NCBI GenBank assembly: GCA_030390025.1
Contig: CM059429.1
Span: 102,424,001-102,488,000, forward strand
DNA: 64,000 nucleotides
Source of the DNA: Squalus acanthias
Lineage: Eukaryota
Direction: 5' to 3'
In this document: positions 57,700 to 64,000 of the stretch, piece after piece
Numbering within the stretch: position 1 is the first letter of the stretch
How the letters are laid out: every line of letters begins with the position of its first letter
Made by a program: the position numbers and the translations under genes
The notes under the pieces: model-generated
What the model saw: the letters and a program-made list of their open reading frames with translations, nothing else
What the model was told of the DNA's origin: nothing
Database searches by the model: none

Positions 57700-59490
57700 T
57701 CGGTTGGCTGAGGTTGTTCAACACTTCAGTAGAAGACAAGTGGAAAACCTTTAAAGGTATAATGCTCAGCATGCAGGATAAATATCAGATCAGCAAGCTC
57801 AGACTAAACAAATGTGACTCAATGGATTAACAAATTAAAAGCAATATAAAGAGGAAAAATGACAACTACAGATCCTGCAAAGGGAAAGAAATTAACTGGA
57901 ATTAATATAATATGTCGAAACAGGTTAAAGGGGTGGTCAGAGGGGTAAAGAGAGGCAGGAAAATGCATAGCAGAGGCTAAACTTAACAGTAAAAATATTC
58001 TTTCAATGCTAAAGCAGTAAGGGGACAGTCAGCAGCAGTGAAAACCACAAAAGATGCAAATATAATTGAAATTGAGGATAAACATGAGAAAATTCTGGAT
58101 GGTTACTTAAAGTATTGATGAGGTAAGAAATAAATAACTTGCCCTCCCCTGAGGTAACCAAAGTAAAATCAATAACATCAATATAAACGAGATGCAGTTC
58201 GATAGAAGCTAAAAGGACTCAAAACAGTGGGGATAGATGGTATTTATCCAGAGTGCTGAAGAGAATAGGGAGGAGATTTGGGAGGCACTGAGACCCATTA
58301 TGAGGGAGACACTGGAGATGTACCAGCAGATTGGAAACAGGCCAATGTGGTGCTTATATTCAAAAAGGGTGATAAAACAAGTACAGATGCATTGGGGTCT
58401 CTTTAATTATGTGTTATCAGAAGTAAATTTGAGGGTCTGTACAATAATAACCTAGTAAATAGTAGCCAACATGAACTCGGAGGAATATAATACCTGACCA
58501 ACCTTCTCGACTTCTTGAAAGAAGTAACATCCAAAATAGACTGAGGAGAGCCCTACATAAAGTACCCAAACTTCCGAAAGGCATTTGACTAAGTCCTACA
58601 TGAAAGGCTATTCGTCAAACTCAGTTGTGGAGATTCAGTCCCTGGGAATGGACAAGAAACTGGCTGAGGGGTAGAAAGGGAGTACTCGTTAGGACCTATG
58701 TTGCAAGTGGGGGAGGGGGAAGTACTGAGTAGAGTGCCCCAGAGTTTGGTGTTGGGTTGGGGGACCCTTTGTTTTTCATTTACATAAATGAAACTCAATG
58801 GTAAAGTGGTTAGATTTGCTGATACCAAACTGGGAGGGGCAGTAGCATCAGTGGAAACGGCTCAGGTTTCTGATGTAATAGCAAAATACTGCGGATGCTG
58901 GAAATCTGAAATAACAGAAAATGCTGGAAACACTCGGCAGGTCAGGCAGCATCGAGGAGAGAGAAACAGAGTTAACGTTAACTCTGTTACTCACTCCTCG
59001 ATGCTGCCTGACCTGCTGAGTGTTTCCAGCATTTTCAGAAATTAATGTTAACCAAACAAGTACAGTATGTAGACAGATCAAGGACAGATGCAGTTTAATG
59101 CAAGGTACAGCACATAACAAGAACAAAGGAGCAACATATGCACTCAGTGAATGGTGTTGAAATAGCTAAGGATAAGAGACTTAAGAATCCTTTCCTTGAC
59201 ATTTAACATAGCCAATGCAGCAATCTACCAAACCAATAGAATGTTAAACTATATAGCCAACGTAGTAGAATATAGGTCAGAGGACGTCATGATCAGACTA
59301 TATCAAACTAGTAAAAGGCAAATTTAAGATGGATATCAGGAAATTTTTCCGTGATCAATTCAAGGAAAGGACTCCCCAATGGGGTGATGGAGAGGCAAAC
59401 CCTGGAATAATTAGATACTACAATTGGGGACTTTAGGGAACTTCTGGGTTAATGAGTTAAGATGGTTGAATGACCTCCTCATCTGTAATT
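57700..59490 (+). mobile_element. Old degraded CR1 ORF2
   Basis: DGIYPRVL-like, KAFD..H, RFADTKLGG, QFN remnants with many stops. Confidence 0.7.
58876..59037. mobile_element. Penelope-derived fold-back palindrome
   Basis: About 60-bp near-perfect arms (58917-58976 / 58977-59036) centred on GTTAAC|GTTAAC; inserted in CR1. Confidence 0.85.
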
Positions 59491-60248
59491 AACTTGCGTT
59501 ATACGGAATGTTCTAGACAACTTCAAATATTGGCTGAGTAAAGTGCTGCGAGACGAGCAGTGTGTAGACTGAGCTGTTCTCCAGTATTTATTAAATATGA
59601 TTTCTCCCATCACCAGTACATGCCTCCTTGTGTAGAATTATGGGGGTGGGGGGGAGGAGTGAAACTAGCACCCTTCCTTTCATTCCATCACAGTTCTTAT
59701 CTGTAAAGAAAAGTTCTCTCTCTAGATCATTTTTACAAATGAAATACAGACCTGGTGGGAAGATCAATTTTCAGTCTGCTTGCAAGTGATTGGGCAGAAA
59801 GTCACATAGGAAATGTCCGCTGTTGTGGAAGTGCTGAAAAGCAGCAGTCAGGTGCTGGTATAAAGTAGTTAAGTGTTGCGTAGCAAGGTTGCATACCATA
59901 CACTTACAATTGCAATGCTTTTTATATTACAGATGCATAAAATGTTACTTTTTGAAATCTGAGGATAGGAGCTACAATCCTTGATGACAGAACTTTTGTA
60001 TTTTTTAAAGTGGGAGCTGATGGAAAATACCTGATCTTATTTCAATATTGCTACATCATGAGGTCCTTTATTTGCTTTTGAAAGAATTTTTTTGTATTCT
60101 GGGCTGGCAACGAGCAATGTTTTGCTGGCATCCCAAACTCAATGATTCTCAGCAATATGACTCATAACCTACACCTTATCTAAATAACTGAAGCTGGATT
60201 ATATGATTTGCAGAAATGAACATTCATGTGCTAATCTGCTGAATGGAT

Positions 60249-61085
60249 ACATAGGATATACGGCACAGAAACAGGCCATTCGGCCCAACCAGTCCATGCC
60301 GGCGTTTATGCTCCACATGAGCCTCCTCCCGTCTTTCCTCATCTAAATCTATCAGCATAACCCTCTATTCCCTTTTCCCTCATATGCTTGTCTAGCCTCC
60401 CCTTAAATGCATCTATACTATTCGCTTCAACTGCTCCCTGTGGTAGCGAGTTCCACATTCTCGCCACTCTTTGGGTAAAGAAGTTTCTTCTGAATTCCCT
60501 ATTGGATTTCTTGGTGACTATCTTATATTGGTGGCCTCTAGTTATGCTCTTCCCCACAAGTGGAAACATTTTCTCTATCCATTCAATCAAAATTTTTCAT
60601 AATTTTAAAGACCTCTATTAGGTGACCCCTCAGCCTTTTTTCAAGAAAAAAGAGACTCTGCCTGTTCATCCTTTCCTGATATGTATACCCTCACATTTCT
60701 GGTGGTATCCTTGTAAATCTTCTCTGCACCCTCTCCAGTGCCTCTATATCCTTTTTATAATATGGCGACCAGAACTGTACACAGTCCTCCAAGTGTGATC
60801 TAACCAAGGTTTGATACAGGTTTAGCACAACTTCCCTGCTTTTCAATTGTATACCTCTAGAACTAAACCCTAGTGCTTGGTTTGCTTTTTTTATGGCCTT
60901 GCTAACCTCTGTCGCAACTTTTAGCGATTTATGTATTTGTACTCCTAGATCCATTTGTTCCTCTACCCCACCTAGACTCGCACCCTCCAAGTGATAAGTG
61001 ACCTCCCTATTCTTCCTACCAAAATGTAATACCTCACATTTATCTGTGTTGAACTTCATTTGCCAATTATATGCCCATTCTGCAA
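60249..61085 (-). mobile_element. CR1 3' fragment
   Basis: MKFNTDKCEVLHFG..LVRSHLEDCVQFWSP..RRNFFTQRVARMWNSLP plus 3' UTR. Confidence 0.9.
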
Positions 61086-61834
61086 GTTTAGTACTATACA
61101 GTGTCTGTTGCAGTTCAGGCTTTCTTCTAGTACTTTTAACTTGTGTTCACTACAAAATGGCAGTTTCCATAAGACCAAGTTTCCTATGACACTTGCACCT
61201 AGAATCATACAGCACAGAAGGAGGCTATTCTGCCCATTGTGCCTGTGCTGACATGCATGAATGAAACATGCTGAGTGGGATGCAAGCAATCTGATCAGGA
61301 CTGGTGAAGCAGTGCAAACGGTAGATAGTTTTAAAATGTAAACTAAAGCAGGTGGCTGGGTTTGGAATCAGACTGAGTGGGCACAAACAGAGTTATTTTT
61401 TCTTGCTTTTTTTTGTGGTTCAAGCAGCTGGTCTGTACTAACTGCAGCCAATAATACCAGACTGTTGCCACAGACTAATCAGTGATACAGCACTCAATAT
61501 TTTAATGTATTAAATCACACTCGGTTACAATAACAAAAATGACACCTGGGCTTTAATTATTTTACTGTGAAAATGGGCTATAGTGAATATTCACTAGATT
61601 CTTTGAGGTTCTTAATCTGCTGTCGGAAGGTGTACAGGATATTTGCTTAAATAGACAGCATTGTACAAGATGTGGTTTAAGTTCATTTAGGACCAATCTA
61701 TTACACTTAATGAGATTGATAGATTAGTATGTCTCATTATACCAAGGCGAAAACAGTTCCAAATAAGTAGTGAAATAGCAGACCTGTAAAGCTGGAAAAG
61801 TGAGACACTTGCTGACATTGAGCAAGTAAATTAT

Positions 61835-62280
61835 TTAAAAGACTTGCATTTCTATAGCGCCTCTCAATCTCGACATCCCAAAGCACTTTACAGCCAATGA
61901 AGTACTTGGTGTAGTCACTGTTGTAATGTCGGAAACACAGCAGTCAATTTGCATACAGCAAGGTCCTACAAACAGCAAAGTGATAATGACCAGATAATCT
62001 GTTTGTGATGTTAGTTGAGGGATAAATATTGGCCAGGACACCAGGGAGAACTCCCCTGCTTTTCTTCGAAATAGTGCCATGGCATCTTTTACATCTACCT
62101 GAGAGAGCAGACGGAGCCTCAGTTTAACGTCTCATCTGAAAGACAGCACCTCCGATAGTGCAGCACTCCCTCAGTACCGCACTGTGTTGGCCTTGATTTT
62201 TGTGCTCAAGTCCAGACTCGAACCTATAACCTTCTGACTCATAGGCAAAAGTGCTAGCAACTGAGTGAGCCATGGCTGAT
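61835..62280 (-). mobile_element. Full-length Deu-domain SINE
   Basis: tRNA head on minus (CAGCCATGGCTCA..GGTTCGAGTC), Deu body, L2-like tail. Confidence 0.88.
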
Positions 62281-62581
62281 GCTAAGCATTTACCTATAAT
62301 CTTGTGGGGGTGGGTGAGTGTTGATCTCGGTTAAGTTGTGTGGGACTTGGAACGAAACCCTGACTCCAGGTGCTGTTTTAGGCTGCTGCTAAACCGCTCA
62401 GAACTTTTAGTTTGACCATGTTACAAACAAATTTAGGTTCTTTATTGAATTACCGCTATGTATAAATATATACAACAGTAGAGGGTTTTAAAAATGCTCA
62501 TTAAGTGATGAGATCTTGTGAATGATTAATGTGGTAATATAATCCACAACCTTTTTTCACCTTTAACTTTTTTTTACACAG

Positions 62582-62609
62582 GAATCTAATGATGTATTAA
62601 TCTGAAAAG
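62582..62609 (+). other. Candidate 28-nt 5'UTR exon
   Basis: Long polypyrimidine tract ..TTTAACTTTTTTTTACACAG| and donor AAG|gtaagg; contains ATG ATG TAT TAA. Confidence 0.65.
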
Positions 62610-64000
62610 GTAAGGAATATTGACTTACTATTTTTCAGTTTCTGTAGAGCTTTCTAACTTTAATCTAAACATTAATTTGCTGAAATATGAAAGCTGAAAA
62701 TGTTCACATTTGTGCATTTTTGAAGTGTAGGAGGTGGGGAACAATTTTTTAACTAAAGTGCGATTTTGTTTTCTTTGTAAAGTTTGTGTTTGGGGTTTGT
62801 GTATATATACATTTGTAGAGCCAGAGTGGAGTTTTGTACGGTGGCTGTGGCATAAGGGGTCCAGCAGACATCAGACTGAGTAAACCTTCAGCATTTTATA
62901 GTCCTTTTGAAAGTTGGGATTACTTTACAAATTTAAAATACTTCATTTGTTATGCAGCTTTAGTCTTGAAGGTGCTTTTGATTTCAGTGACCAAGTCTCA
63001 TTTGCAATAGTTTACCATGGTTCTTACTAATGTACGTACGTATGGAAGAGATAAAGGTGAAACTTAACATAGACTTGCGTAAATGTATATTTAAAAACTT
63101 GAGTCAGTGGAGTTGGTAATCTCATGATTGGCATGACGGGTACAGCCTTTATGATGTAAGCACTCTGGGGTAGAGTCAAGTGACAGGAAGAAAGATTTTA
63201 TTTAGAGATCTGGTATTTTAGAGAGAAAATAACTGATTACTAGAAGTTTGTTTCAAGATTGCAACAGAAACTTGAAGGGTTCAGATCAAACAGAGAGCTG
63301 GTTCTAAGTGAATTGAGTGTATCATAGCCTTGAATATATATCCCAACTTTTTAAATTTAGTTTTACATAATTGTTTGTATCTTTTGGTCAGAATTTGGAC
63401 ATCTGGCTTTGTATCACATGATGGAGAAGGGAACTTTCCAAGGTTTAGGTTGGACCAGACTTTCAATATCCGCTGTTAAGTATAGTGGTTAAGAAAACTT
63501 GTATTGCACTGCTGTTTGATAAAATACACAATTTTCAGTTTACATTCAGCTGTAGTAGATTTTCAGTCAATCTGTACAGATAATCATATACTTCAATTTG
63601 GTAAAATGTGTTCACAAAAACAAAGTATGTCTGAACCAGAGAATATTTATATCTTGTCACAAGAAAGATTTGTACTCCTGCTGTCAAAATATTTTAGCAC
63701 TAACATGTTATGCTATTACATTTAATAAGTCTAGATTTTAAACTTCCTAACTCTCTTCCGGTCCTGAGTTGCTTTTCAAAATGAGTACTGCTGGTCCAAT
63801 CCAGCTATTTCCATGTCTGAGTAGCAGTGCAACCTCTAATTTCTCCAATGGGTTTTGGATATACTGAGACCATTGTATACAGGCATGCAAATATTCTGTA
63901 CACTGTGTTCTCACATTGATAACCTGTATAATATTTTTGTTATTCTTAATAGAACTTGTTTACAACTCATGCTTCCTTTTTTAACATTGGGCAAGCCAGA

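Overview
Eukaryotic, repeat-dominated vertebrate DNA. The repeat inventory (HE1-like V-SINE, Deu-domain SINEs, CR1, L2, RTE, Penelope-like pieces, Harbinger transposons) points to a cartilaginous fish; this is inferred from repeat families, not proven. Most ORFs in the track are transposon fragments or noise. Main structures: (1) a young Gypsy LTR retrotransposon (18842-22358, minus) with a 1047-codon gag-pol ORF, a deleted integrase core and no tRNA-type PBS, but an 11-nt LTR-complementary PBS that suggests self-priming; (2) a near-complete two-gene PIF/Harbinger transposon (42500-46541) plus many related MITEs; (3) Penelope-derived inserts carrying minimal hammerhead ribozymes, and fold-back palindromes that pivot at the ribozyme core; (4) a Tx1-like LINE 3' end inside a Deu-SINE with a 15-bp TSD; (5) a CpG-rich housekeeping-type promoter and first exon at about 52350-52506, a 28-nt candidate exon at 62582-62609, and between them a 5-copy tandem repeat whose units each carry a canonical NF-kB site; (6) a weakly supported chain of plus-strand exon-like segments (about 16.9-35.7 kb) that may be a decayed gene or lncRNA. 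No intact host coding gene could be named. Repeat family names come from motif recognition, not database searches, and boundaries of degraded repeats are approximate.
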